Shown here: positions 1-10,123 of the stretch, one piece after another
Layout of the letters: every line of letters starts with the position of its first letter
Numbering within the stretch: the first letter of the stretch is position 1
DNA from: a virus
Lineage: Duplodnaviria > Caudoviricetes
Length of the DNA: 64,000 nucleotides
Reading direction: 5' to 3' (one strand)
Virus record (IMG/VR): IMGVR_UViG_3300032295_003763
Location: 135,928 to 199,927 of that record
Program-made: the position numbers and the translations under genes
The notes under the pieces: generated by a model
The model's input: the letters and a program-made list of their open reading frames with translations, nothing else
What the model was told of the DNA's origin: nothing
The model's database searches: none

Positions 1-419
1 TTACCTTGATTGCCTTGAGTACCCTGAACTCCTTGAACACCTTGGGTCCCTTGAACCCCTTGAGTTCCTTGATTGCCTTGAGTACCCTGAACTCCTTGAA
101 CACCTTGGGTCCCTTGAACCCCTTGAGTTCCTTGATTTCCTTGGTTACCTTGATTTCCTTGGTTACCTTGAGTACCTTGAACCCCTTGAGCTCCTTGAAC
201 CCCTTGCGTACCTTGAGCACCATCAAAACCTAAAGTCCCTTGAACTCCTTGAGGACCTTGAGCACCATCAAAACCTAAAGTCCCTTGAACACCTTGAGCA
301 CCTTGAGCACCATCAAAACCTAAAGTCCCTTGAACACCTTGAGCACCTTGAGTACCTTGATTGCCTTGAACTCCCGTATCACCTTGTGTACCCTGGACAC
401 CTTGAGCACCTTGAGCACC
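1..419 (-). repeat. 9-bp Gly-X-Gln codon repeat with higher-order 63-bp and 45-bp units
   Basis: ccttgannn periodicity; 63-bp duplication at about 5-130; GTLGFDGAQ unit x3 at about 211-340. Confidence 0.9.
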
Positions 420-1820
420 ATCTAATGGAGCTGGATAATCTATCCATAGTCCAGTGGAAGTTTGATAACCCAAATATGCACCATCAGCTGGTGTTGTTAT
501 TGTAACATCATTTAAATCATCTAAATTAATATTAGTAACTGATTCTCCCCCACCAGAAGAAAGACTTCGTATTAATCCACCTTGAATAAAAATCGCATCA
601 CTACCACTTGATAAATCAGTTGCCCCACCTCTTATTACTAGATACCCAAGAAAAACAGCATTTTGTAAAGTTATAGGGGATTCAGCAAATGCTTCATAAG
701 GAAGCCCATTTAAAGCAGAACCTAAACTTGAATACTCCTTAACACCATAATAAACAATAATATCACTAGGCGAATCTGGTATTTGAAATAATCTCTGTAC
801 AGACCATTTATTAGTAGATACAGTAGCTAATGTTCCATCTCCATCATCATAACTTGCTGGATCTATATCTGTATAAAAAGTTCCTGAATTATTATCATAC
901 ACAAATCCACCACTTCCGTCTGCATACATTCTACATAAACTCGAAGGAGTACTTGGTGTTAATGTAGTTATATCGGGTTCAAATGGATCACTTGAATAAT
1001 TATTACCTATAATATAGGCTTTACCAGATGCCCTATCTATTCTGAGATTATTACCATTTGCAGATATATTTAAACCTTCTTTTTTAATCGGTCCAAGTGT
1101 ATTTAAGATTTCATATACCTTATGATTTACACCATATGAAGTAAATGGATCAGTTGTTACTAAATTTACATTTGTAAGATTTATATGACATAAATGACCA
1201 ATAACAATATAATTCTTATAATCATCGTCTGTAAATGGTGTTGTTTTTTGCTGTAGAGCTCCAGTACTATCAATATAAATATAAGTAAATGGGTCAGTTA
1301 ATAAATTTGTGATAGTTTGGTTTGCGAATGCATTCCATTTTACTTCAGTAATATCCTGTGAAAGTTCTCCTGAAACAATTGAGTGTGTGACTATTTGACC
1401 TTGACCTTCTGAAACATTAAATGTAGTTCCACCGATTGTAGCACTTAAAAAACCCCCTGTTTTTATACCTGTAATTTCTATCCCTTCAATATTATTATTT
1501 TCTTCTACTAACCATTTATTATCCCCATAATATACAATAGTTATACCCTGACCTTTACCATCCCATAAATATTGCGAGTTACCTTGAATAGTAGCACCAG
1601 TATCACTACTATTAGGCTTAATGATAATATTACTTACATAATTTGCAGTATCTAATATATGTAACTTATAGCCAAAAGAAATTATACTCCCAGACGCTGT
1701 AATCTGAGGTAGCGTTAATATAGAACCCCCAGCATTAGAACCAGTTACTCGAACTAATTCATAAAGTTGATTTATACTAAGATTACCAGTTGACCAATTA
1801 TATGTATTTTTATACCCCAT
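1..1820 (-). CDS. Collagen-like fibre protein (3' end outside window); ~467-aa N-terminal domain then Gly-X-Gln repeats
   Basis: Not in ORF track. ATG at 1820 (MGYKNTYNWSTG...) is in frame with linker LDDLNDVTITTPADGAYLGY and with GAQ/GTQ/GNQ repeats from 419. Frame checked at both ends and at sample points only. Confidence 0.85.
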   Translation of the reverse strand, partial: MGYKNTYNWSTGNLSINQLYELVRVTGSNAGGSILTLPQITASGSIISFGYKLHILDTANYVSNIIIKPNSSDTGATIQGNSQYLWDGKGQGITIVYYGDNKWLVEENNNIEGIEITGIKTGGFLSATIGGTTFNVSEGQGQIVTHSIVSGELSQDITEVKWNAFANQTITNLLTDPFTYIYIDSTGALQQKTTPFTDDDYKNYIVIGHLCHINLTNVNLVTTDPFTSYGVNHKVYEILNTLGPIKKEGLNISANGNNLRIDRASGKAYIIGNNYSSDPFEPDITTLTPSTPSSLCRMYADGSGGFVYDNNSGTFYTDIDPASYDDGDGTLATVSTNKWSVQRLFQIPDSPSDIIVYYGVKEYSSLGSALNGLPYEAFAESPITLQNAVFLGYLVIRGGATDLSSGSDAIFIQGGLIRSLSSGGGESVTNINLDDLNDVTITTPADGAYLGYQTSTGLWIDYPAPLDGAQGAQGVQGTQGDTGVQGNQGTQGAQGVQGTLGFDGAQGAQGVQGTLGFDGAQGPQGVQGTLGFDGAQGTQGVQGAQGVQGTQGNQGNQGNQGNQGTQGVQGTQGVQGVQGTQGNQGTQGVQGTQGVQGVQGTQGNQG

Positions 1821-1886
1821 TGGGTATTGATTTTTATTTTATTTGGGATTATACCTTTATGGGTACAATTTATATTCTCCTTTGCC

Positions 1887-1894
1887 TATATATC
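1887..1894 (-). promoter_or_regulatory. Putative phage late promoter GATATATA
   Basis: Exact motif upstream of collagen gene start 1820. Confidence 0.7.
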
Positions 1895-1968
1895 TTAAAA
1901 TCAAAGTCTAAACTATAGTCATAGACATTATTAAGAATTAAGAAATGTATTCTCAAATATTTTCAAGA

Positions 1969-3615
1969 TTAAACAATCGAGCCCGTTCCAAGATAAGTCC
2001 AATTTTGACCATTTAGGTCTCCTCTCCATACTCTACTTGTTGTAGATGCAGCTTGAGCAACTGATGGAACATTATATGGGCCTACAGTTCCTTCTCCTGT
2101 CGTTTTGACTCTTGTTTCGACATATTGATATTGTGAATCTCTATACAAATTTAATACATACGTTCTTGGAGATGTTGTATTTCCAAATCTACCGCAATAC
2201 ACTATATTTTTAATAGAGTATTTAGAACCTTGATTATCTATTTTATAATACCAGTTTTGAGTATCACCATCAGTATTAACTAATCCTTTCGCCAACCATA
2301 AGTCTGCTGAATTTCCTGCTATAGTTGCAGATGCTGAACCTACAGCAGCATTAGGGGCTGAATAAATATTACCATTTCCTGCATTTAGTGTGATATAACC
2401 ATTTGTACTCAAATATAAATTTGTACTAGATACACCATTAGATGCAAATGTAGGAATTGTTATAGCTGTAGAACTATTACCATCATCTGCATTTGTGAAT
2501 GTTCCAGAATATAATGTATATCCAGTTGCGTCTGAAGGGAATGCTATCGTATTTGTAGAGAATCTCCATCCGAATCTTGTTGATATTGCATTATAGTTTT
2601 GTAAAATTTCAGTTGGGGATAATGCTCTATTATAAACTTGAACAATTGGAATTTTACCATCGATAGTTTCCAAGTCGTCCCATCTACGAGCAATATAATA
2701 ACCCAATCCACTTGATAATGGGGTTACACTTGTTGTAAGTGTAGATTCTTGAGTTCCATTTTTGTATAATCTTACAGTTGTACCATCATAAGTAACTGCA
2801 GCATTATACCAAACTCCAGTTGAAGGGGTAAACCCCGCTGGAACTTTGAATCCATCGGCAGAAGTAAAAAAACCACCTGTTATTTTTCCATCCCAAGGAC
2901 TTGCACAAAATCCCAAAACAAAATTTATGTTACTTGCATCAACATATCTTTCTGTTATAATTTGAGGGATTACATTTGTTGAAGGAATAGAGTCTAACTT
3001 AAACCAAGCATTTACTGTGAAATTTGTTAGTGCCCCACCACTAAAATCAGAAATTGAAACGTGGTCATTTGTTCCATCGAAATCTAATAAACCTCCATCA
3101 TTAGCATCAACAGAAAATGTAGGAGAATTTACAAGAGTCCCATTATTACTATTATTACTGAAATCATACCAAGTAGAACCAACAAGGGGATATGAATCTA
3201 AGAAACCTGAATCTAAATTCATTACTAATCCACTTGTAACAATAGAAGGATAAATTCTATTTACTAAAATATATCTACCAGTCCCCTTTAACCATGTAAT
3301 AGCATCTGCCAACGTAGAATGATTAGTCTGACCAAACATTTCTTGAAGTTTATTAATAGTTTGCAATAATTCGGATTCTGTTGTTCCAACAGTTATCCAT
3401 GCAGTAGGTCTTCCTTCTTCAAGTGCTGTAAACCCTTGAGAGTAAGTATCAGAATAAATAATAAAACCATTAGGATTATTTACCCCACTCCACCATTTAT
3501 ATCCTGAATAGTTAGCTTCATAAAAATCGTCACCTATACCTATTGCAACATTACCCTTTTGAATAGTATTAGGTATAGAAGAACCATTATTAAATGTTAT
3601 AGGATTCCTTGACAT
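1969..3615 (-). CDS. LamG/concanavalin A-like lectin domain virion protein
   Basis: IVTSGLVMNLD..SYP..GSTWYD, WYNAAVTYDGTTVRLYKNG, VQVYNRALSPTEILQNYNA; starts 1 nt after the collagen stop. Confidence 0.8.
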   Translation of the reverse strand: MSRNPITFNNGSSIPNTIQKGNVAIGIGDDFYEANYSGYKWWSGVNNPNGFIIYSDTYSQGFTALEEGRPTAWITVGTTESELLQTINKLQEMFGQTNHSTLADAITWLKGTGRYILVNRIYPSIVTSGLVMNLDSGFLDSYPLVGSTWYDFSNNSNNGTLVNSPTFSVDANDGGLLDFDGTNDHVSISDFSGGALTNFTVNAWFKLDSIPSTNVIPQIITERYVDASNINFVLGFCASPWDGKITGGFFTSADGFKVPAGFTPSTGVWYNAAVTYDGTTVRLYKNGTQESTLTTSVTPLSSGLGYYIARRWDDLETIDGKIPIVQVYNRALSPTEILQNYNAISTRFGWRFSTNTIAFPSDATGYTLYSGTFTNADDGNSSTAITIPTFASNGVSSTNLYLSTNGYITLNAGNGNIYSAPNAAVGSASATIAGNSADLWLAKGLVNTDGDTQNWYYKIDNQGSKYSIKNIVYCGRFGNTTSPRTYVLNLYRDSQYQYVETRVKTTGEGTVGPYNVPSVAQAASTTSRVWRGDLNGQNWTYLGTGSIV

Positions 3616-3616
3616 A

Positions 3617-6600
3617 TTAGTAAGTTGGATCTTTTAAAGTCAGCATATTAGTAATTAAAGGCTGACGAGTTAAGTTAAATACAATAGCAGTTCCAGTTGC
3701 ACTAGGATCTTTATAATTTGTAATACAATCAGTACCTATTACCATACCATAAGAACCACTAGAACTTACACCCACATCGGTTATTACTCCATAGTTTGTT
3801 GAAGAATCACTATAAAATATTACGTCACTCAGTTCGCAATAATAATCTGAATATGTCTTAGCATCAATCTTTATAATAATTGCTGGATTACCAGATGTGT
3901 ATGATTTTACAATACTATTTTTAAGTATTACTAAATTTTGAACATTATTTGTATCAGGGAAGTGTTTAATAATTCCATTTGTTGATGTCGATGTTCCATG
4001 TATAGAACCTAAAACAAATGAAAATGCTACTGCACCTGTCACTGAAACAACTTCAACACTAGAAGAAGTTGAATATAAATTACATCTTGATAAACTTACT
4101 TCAGAAAGTGTAGATAAGGATGCTGATGATAAGTCTAATATCATTCCAGCAGATTTAACTGTTATATCTGTTAGTTTTACTCTAACATCAGATGCACCAT
4201 TTGTAGATAAAAATTTACTTGATGAGTTTGATAATATAAATTTACTTTGAATTAAACTATCATCATAAGTTGAACCATTATCTTTTCCAGTTATTGAAAG
4301 AGCATCTATATGTGCCATATCGAATAAAATAGAACTACCAGAATATGTTATAGAAGTACTAGAATTTAATTCAATGTATAAACTTGTTAAATCATTAGTC
4401 CATGTTGGTGATGTTGTCTCTGAATAAATCCCAGGTAAAATATGTATAGTATAGCCGTTTAAACTATTTGTCGATAAATAATTAATTGCAGATACTATTG
4501 TTCTCCAAGGTTTTGTTAAATCACCCACAACTGGATTATATGCAGAATAAGGACCAACGTATCCTGCATCACTGGAAGAATCTGATCCATAATTATCAAC
4601 ATATAAAATATTTTTAAATTGGAAATTAGGTCCAATAGCACCTTGAACACCTATAATACCTTGAATACCCTGAATACCCTGAATACCTTGAACACCTTGA
4701 TCTCCTTGAGTTCCTTGAACACCTTGATCACCTTGAGTGCCTTGGTTGCCTTGAGCACCATCATAACCTTGATCTCCTTGAGTTCCTTGAACACCTTGAG
4801 CACCATCATAACCTTGATCACCTTGAGTGCCTTGGTTACCTTGAGCACCATCATAACCTTGATCGCCTTGAGTGCCTTGAACACCTTGAGTACCGTCATA
4901 ACCTTGATCACCTTGAGTGCCTTGGTTACCTTGGTTACCCTGAGTACCTTGAACACCTTGATCCCCCTGGGTTCCTTGATTGCCCTGATTACCTTGATTA
5001 CCCTGGTTACCTTGAACTCCTTGAATCCCTTGGGTTCCCTGAACTCCTTGAGTACCTTGACTACCTTGGTTACCTTGGTTACCTTGATTTCCTTGGGTAC
5101 CTTGAACACCCTGATCACCTTGGGATCCTTGATTCCCTTGATTCCCCTGGTTACCTTGAGTACCTTGGTTACCTTGAGTACCTTGAACTCCTTGATCTCC
5201 TTGGGTGCCTTGATTTCCCTGATTTCCTTGATTGCCCTGATTCCCTTGGTTACCTTGAACCCCCTGAATCCCTTGGGTTCCCTGAACTCCTTGAGTACCT
5301 TGACTACCTTGGTTTCCTTGGTTTCCTTGGTTTCCTTGATTACCCTGTGTACCTTGAACACCTTGATCTCCTTGAGTTCCTTGATTACCCTGATTACCCT
5401 GATTTCCTTGGTTACCTTGATTTCCTTGAACACCTTGAATCCCTTGCGTTCCTTGAGCACCTTGATTTCCTTGATTCCCTTGGTTACCTTGATTTCCTTG
5501 ATTCCCTTGGTTACCCTGAACACCTTGATCTCCTTGGGTGCCTTGGTTACCTTGATTTCCTTGGTTACCTTGATTTCCTTGAACACCTTGAATCCCTTGC
5601 GTTCCTTGAGCACCTTGATTTCCTTGATTCCCTTGGTTACCTTGATTTCCTTGATTCCCTTGGTTACCTTGGTTACCTTGAGTACCCTGAACACCTTGAG
5701 TTCCCTGTGAACCTTGGTTACCCTGATTACCTTGATTACCTTGGTTACCTTGATTACCTTGAGTACCCTGAACACCTTGAGTTCCCTGTGAACCTTGATT
5801 GCCCTGATTTCCTTGGTTACCTTGAGTACCTTGAGTACCTTGAGTTCCCTGAACGCCTTGTGTACCTTGTGTACCTTGGTTGCCTTGATTACCTTGATTA
5901 CCCTGGTTACCTTGATTACCTTGAACTCCTTGAGTACCCTGAGCACCTTGATTTCCTTGGTTACCTTGGTTTCCTTGTGTACCCTGAGTTCCTTGATTAC
6001 CTTGATTACCCTGAGTACCTTGAACACCTTGTGTTCCTTGGTTACCTTGATTTCCTTGATTACCCTGGTTACCTTGATTACCCTGAACACCTTGAATCCC
6101 TTGAGTACCTTGAGCACCTTGATTTCCTTGGTTACCTTGGTTACCTTGGTTTCCTTGTGTACCTTGAGTTCCCTGAACACCTTGTGTACCTTGAACCCCT
6201 TGAGTGCCCTGCGTACCTTGGTTTCCTTGATTACCCTGATTACCTTGAGTTCCCTGTACACCTTGTGTACCTTGAACCCCTTGAGTACCTTGGGTTCCTT
6301 GATTACCTTGGTTACCCTGATTTCCTTGATTACCCTGAACACCTTGAGTACCTTGAACTCCTTGAGTGCCCTGTGTACCTTGGTTACCTTGATTCCCTTG
6401 ATTACCCTGAACTCCTTGAATTCCTTGAGTACCCTGAGCACCTTGATTCCCTTGATTACCTTGGTTTCCTTGATTACCCTGATTGCCTTGGTTACCCTGA
6501 TTACCTTGAGTACCTTGAACCCCTTGGGCACCCTGTGTACCTTGGTTACCTTGATTCCCTTGATTACCCTGAACTCCTTGAATTCCTTGAGTACCCTGAG

Positions 6601-7750
6601 CACCTTGATTCCCTTGATTACCTTGATTACCTTGGTTACCTTGGTTACCTTGAGTACCTTGAACCCCTTGTGTACCTTGAACTCCCTGAGTACCCTGTGT
6701 ACCTTGAACCCCTTGAGTTCCCTGTGTACCCTGCTCACCATTTAAACCATTATAACCAGATATACCCTGAAGACCAGTAATACCTTGTACCCCTTGAGTA
6801 CCTTGTGGTCCTTGATTACCTTGGTTACCTTGGTTACCTTGGTTACCTTGTCTTCCTTGATTGCCCTGATTACCCTGAGCCCCTTGGACACCTTGTGTAC
6901 CCTGTGTTCCTTGATTACCTTGATAACCCTGAACACCTTGTTCACCTTGAGTTCCTTGAACACCCTGAGCACCTTGAGCACCCTGTGAACCATCTATACC
7001 TTGATAACCTTGTGATCCCACAAAACCATCTTTACCTTGAAGACCTTGAGTACCCTGTGCACCGTTTATACCTTGATAGCCCTGGTCTCCACGTTCTCCT
7101 TGATCACCTTTAATACTAATACCAATGGGACCCTGTAAACCAATTTGACCTTGCTGTCCAGTTATGCCTTGATTACCTTGTTGACCATTCGGACCTTGAA
7201 ATCCTTGAATACCTCTTAAACCTTGAATACCTTGAGTACCTTGAGTACCTCTTCCTTGAACACCTTGAGTTCCTTGCAAACCCTGAACACCTTGTTCACC
7301 CAATCCAGATTGCTGAGGACCTAATGCTCCTTGATTACCTTGATTTCCTTGTCTACCTTGAGATCCAGAACACCCCTGTGGACCTTGACTACCATCTGAT
7401 CCATCTGTACCATCTGAACCAGAAAGACCTTGAGGACCTTGATCACCCAGCCCCGATTGTTGAGGCCCCATAACACCTTGCAAGCCTATACCAGTAGGCC
7501 CCTGATGTCCTTGATAACCTACTATACCTCGAACACCTTGAAATCCTTGATTACCAACAGGTCCCTGAATACCTTGGATACCACGCAAACCTTGAATACC
7601 TTGGTTTCCTTGAGTACCACGTCCTTGTGTACCCTGCGGTCCCTGTATACCTTGTAAACCTTGATCTCCAATACCTTGAAGACCTTGTATACCTTGAAAT
7701 CCTAATACTCCATTGGTTTCATCAAGAATAATGTTATAAATAATTGACAT
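3617..7750 (-). CDS. Giant collagen-like fibre protein with C-terminal beta-helix-like domain
   Basis: About 1025 aa of Gly-X-Gln, then ILYVD..GSD...GDLTKPWRTIVSAI...IHILPGIYSE, typical of pectin-lyase-like beta-helix caps. Confidence 0.9.
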   Translation of the reverse strand: MSIIYNIILDETNGVLGFQGIQGLQGIGDQGLQGIQGPQGTQGRGTQGNQGIQGLRGIQGIQGPVGNQGFQGVRGIVGYQGHQGPTGIGLQGVMGPQQSGLGDQGPQGLSGSDGTDGSDGSQGPQGCSGSQGRQGNQGNQGALGPQQSGLGEQGVQGLQGTQGVQGRGTQGTQGIQGLRGIQGFQGPNGQQGNQGITGQQGQIGLQGPIGISIKGDQGERGDQGYQGINGAQGTQGLQGKDGFVGSQGYQGIDGSQGAQGAQGVQGTQGEQGVQGYQGNQGTQGTQGVQGAQGNQGNQGRQGNQGNQGNQGNQGPQGTQGVQGITGLQGISGYNGLNGEQGTQGTQGVQGTQGTQGVQGTQGVQGTQGNQGNQGNQGNQGNQGAQGTQGIQGVQGNQGNQGNQGTQGAQGVQGTQGNQGNQGNQGNQGNQGNQGNQGAQGTQGIQGVQGNQGNQGNQGTQGTQGVQGTQGVQGNQGNQGNQGNQGTQGTQGVQGTQGVQGTQGNQGNQGNQGTQGTQGVQGTQGVQGTQGTQGNQGNQGNQGNQGAQGTQGIQGVQGNQGNQGNQGNQGNQGTQGVQGTQGNQGNQGTQGTQGNQGNQGNQGAQGTQGVQGNQGNQGNQGNQGNQGTQGTQGVQGTQGTQGTQGNQGNQGNQGSQGTQGVQGTQGNQGNQGNQGNQGNQGSQGTQGVQGTQGNQGNQGNQGNQGNQGNQGNQGAQGTQGIQGVQGNQGNQGNQGNQGTQGDQGVQGNQGNQGNQGNQGNQGNQGAQGTQGIQGVQGNQGNQGNQGNQGNQGTQGDQGVQGTQGNQGNQGNQGNQGSQGTQGVQGTQGIQGVQGNQGNQGNQGNQGNQGTQGDQGVQGTQGNQGTQGNQGNQGNQGSQGDQGVQGTQGNQGNQGNQGSQGTQGVQGTQGIQGVQGNQGNQGNQGNQGTQGDQGVQGTQGNQGNQGTQGDQGYDGTQGVQGTQGDQGYDGAQGNQGTQGDQGYDGAQGVQGTQGDQGYDGAQGNQGTQGDQGVQGTQGDQGVQGIQGIQGIQGIIGVQGAIGPNFQFKNILYVDNYGSDSSSDAGYVGPYSAYNPVVGDLTKPWRTIVSAINYLSTNSLNGYTIHILPGIYSETTSPTWTNDLTSLYIELNSSTSITYSGSSILFDMAHIDALSITGKDNGSTYDDSLIQSKFILSNSSSKFLSTNGASDVRVKLTDITVKSAGMILDLSSASLSTLSEVSLSRCNLYSTSSSVEVVSVTGAVAFSFVLGSIHGTSTSTNGIIKHFPDTNNVQNLVILKNSIVKSYTSGNPAIIIKIDAKTYSDYYCELSDVIFYSDSSTNYGVITDVGVSSSGSYGMVIGTDCITNYKDPSATGTAIVFNLTRQPLITNMLTLKDPTY
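4630..7700 (-). repeat. About 3 kb of 9-bp periodic collagen repeat
   Basis: Continuous GNQ/GTQ/GVQ/GAQ triplets with nested longer duplications. Confidence 0.95.
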
Positions 7751-7782
7751 GCTAAAGGTAATCTTTAATTGCCATAAATAAA

Positions 7783-7825
7783 TTATGGAATTCCTCGGTT
7801 ATATATCCGAAATGGAATTCCATAA
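7783..7825 (-). promoter_or_regulatory. Late promoter GATATATA (7800-7807) enclosed by a 12-bp perfect inverted repeat
   Basis: ttatggaattcc tcgg ttatatat ccga aat ggaattccataa. Confidence 0.7.
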
Positions 7826-7866
7826 AGTAATAAAAAGGCAAATTTTATTTTCTTGGGTATTTTTAT

Positions 7867-10029
7867 TTATCTCAATCGTTCTACCGAAAACTGAAGTGGA
7901 TTAGTAGAAATACAAATAACTTCAAACATTGGTTTACCATTTGCATCTTCGAATTCTCCCGATGCTATACTTGTAATTTGAATAGAGTACGGAGCAGTCA
8001 ATTTCGATACATTTTGAGCATCTGTTAATACGAAAAATCTAAAAATTCCAAAAGTATTATCAACATCTACACCCGCCCCACCAAAAGAAACTTTTAAGCT
8101 TTGGCCAACTTTCCATTTATTTAGAGTATCATCAACAAATAAGACTATATTTCTATCAGAATTTAAGATATTTACTGTATCAATTCTTAAGTAATTATTT
8201 GCTGGCTGTAAAGGATGTGTATAATTCCAAGAATCCGCACCCTTGAACCAGTCTTGTTCCATTATGGTTATAGGTTTATTTGTAAGATTATACGATCCAA
8301 ATGTATTCCTTAGTCTTACTCTATTTACAATACTTCTATCTACTTCAATACCATCAACTTTTGGTTCAGTATATAAAATATCAGCATTATATGAAACTGA
8401 TATAGGAGTATTATTATTTATTAGATCTTGAAACTGTTGATAGTTTCTATCAATCAATTCAATAATAGCCCCTGTATCCTTTATTAAAGCATCTGATGCC
8501 TGTAAAGAATTTTCAACAGCTGTTAATCTTGCTTGTATTTCTTCTTCAACTGTGCTATTTATTAAAGATTGTTCTACATCTTCTACTCTTGTCTTTAAAT
8601 TACTAAGTTCAAAAACAGCAGTTTCTAAATTGCGAGATGCTCTAACCATTTCATTCATGGCTCCAACATACACTTCTAATGAAAATGTAGAATAATCATT
8701 AACCGATGTTTCGATCGCTGCATCTTCTGTATTTACATCAAATCTAAAACGAACTGCAATGTTATATGAAGTACCATTAGTACCTAAAATTGAATCAGGT
8801 TTGATTTTAGATAATGTAGGTATTTTACCACCACCATCGTCAGTTGGATCAACATTATCTAAGAATAAAACACCAAATAAATTAGTCTCTGCTTGATCTG
8901 GGAATCCCTTTGGGAAGGTTTCATAATAAACTAAGACAGCATTAAATTCAAAACTGCTAGAAGCCTCAGTTGCATTAAATTGATGCCAAGAATTTATTCT
9001 TGAATCTTGGACAGCACCTAAATATGAATTTAGGTCAAAATCAACCATAATACCATCAAGGCGCGATCTTAGATATGTAACTGGTGTAAATTTACCAGTT
9101 TGTATATTTACACCTGTTATACGGAGCTTATCATTTCTCCAATCGTCAAATCGTACTGGCTCAGAAAAATATGAATTTGCTTGTGGACTAGGGAACCAAT
9201 ATCCACTCTCCCAAGTATCAGTCGTTTCATTATATTTTTCTAATGTATAATCAGTATTACTATAGGATCCAGTATCAGAGTCAAAATAACCCAAAAAGTT
9301 CAATCCAAATGGATGAGTATCATTAGGACCTCTACCAACGATATACTCATTCTTCAATGGATCCGTTGGAGTATTTTGAATATACATATCTGGGAAATAG
9401 TTTTCATCCGATACGGATTTAAACATTACAACTGGTGTATTACCATCTTTTGTGGGTATATGACAAAAGAATTCTGTAAATGTATTTGCAGTATGTCTTA
9501 CAGAATTAACAACATCAATTTCGCCAATATACTTTACTACTCTACTATAATCAATCCCACCAGTAGTTGTACCATCAGATTCATCTTCTTCAACAAATCT
9601 TTGCCCAGTTACTAAATTTGATACTTCCGATGTATTAGCTTCTCTAAATCTTAAAGCACCTATTTCTTTCATCCATTTCCAAAATAATCTTTCAGAAACA
9701 GTTCTATTGCTTATCTGGTTATAATCTTCTTTTGATGTAAGAAGCGTTTCAAAATTTAATAGATAGTTTTGAAAAGATTCTGATAAATATCTATTCCAAT
9801 CGCTACCAGTTACCTGTAAATATGCCCCTGGGATAGTATCTAATTGAATTGTATTTGAATCAGCTGTATTATCTAAAATTTTTGGTATGTTCAATAATAC
9901 ATATTTACTAAAACGCATAGTTCTCGAATCATCTCCATATGCAAAAGACATATCTTCTGCAGTAGAAGGCATTATATAAAATGTACCACCTTGCGTTTTA
10001 ATCGGTTTAATAAATGGAGTAACTGCCAT
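7867..10029 (-). CDS. Putative virion structural protein with central coiled coil
   Basis: 720-aa ORF with its own late-type promoter, next to fibre genes; family not recognised. Confidence 0.55.
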   Translation of the reverse strand: MAVTPFIKPIKTQGGTFYIMPSTAEDMSFAYGDDSRTMRFSKYVLLNIPKILDNTADSNTIQLDTIPGAYLQVTGSDWNRYLSESFQNYLLNFETLLTSKEDYNQISNRTVSERLFWKWMKEIGALRFREANTSEVSNLVTGQRFVEEDESDGTTTGGIDYSRVVKYIGEIDVVNSVRHTANTFTEFFCHIPTKDGNTPVVMFKSVSDENYFPDMYIQNTPTDPLKNEYIVGRGPNDTHPFGLNFLGYFDSDTGSYSNTDYTLEKYNETTDTWESGYWFPSPQANSYFSEPVRFDDWRNDKLRITGVNIQTGKFTPVTYLRSRLDGIMVDFDLNSYLGAVQDSRINSWHQFNATEASSSFEFNAVLVYYETFPKGFPDQAETNLFGVLFLDNVDPTDDGGGKIPTLSKIKPDSILGTNGTSYNIAVRFRFDVNTEDAAIETSVNDYSTFSLEVYVGAMNEMVRASRNLETAVFELSNLKTRVEDVEQSLINSTVEEEIQARLTAVENSLQASDALIKDTGAIIELIDRNYQQFQDLINNNTPISVSYNADILYTEPKVDGIEVDRSIVNRVRLRNTFGSYNLTNKPITIMEQDWFKGADSWNYTHPLQPANNYLRIDTVNILNSDRNIVLFVDDTLNKWKVGQSLKVSFGGAGVDVDNTFGIFRFFVLTDAQNVSKLTAPYSIQITSIASGEFEDANGKPMFEVICISTNPLQFSVERLR

Positions 10030-10069
10030 GGTTTCTTTGTATTTAAGTAAATTAATTTATGATATACAC

Positions 10070-10077
10070 TATATATC
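10070..10077 (-). promoter_or_regulatory. Putative late promoter GATATATA
   Basis: Exact motif 40 nt upstream of 10029. Confidence 0.7.
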
Positions 10078-10097
10078 AAAAATAAAAATTAAGTATT

Positions 10098-10123
10098 AAA
10101 AAAGCCTCAGTTAGAGGCTTTTT
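10098..10123 (-). terminator. Intrinsic terminator overlapping the phosphoesterase stop
   Basis: aaaaagcctc-agtta-gaggcttttt hairpin with A/T tracts. Confidence 0.7.

Noticed and set aside
4619-7657. Long alternate-frame and antisense ORFs (for example 4651-6741, 5347-6780; also 6-233, 38860-39342, 63279-63998)
   Set aside because: By-products of the 9-bp collagen repeat, which lacks stops in several frames; low-complexity translations with no start signals
1-7700. Periodic repeats as a CRISPR array or diversity-generating retroelement repeats
   Set aside because: In-frame Gly-X-Gln coding with no unique spacers; no cas or reverse transcriptase gene in the window
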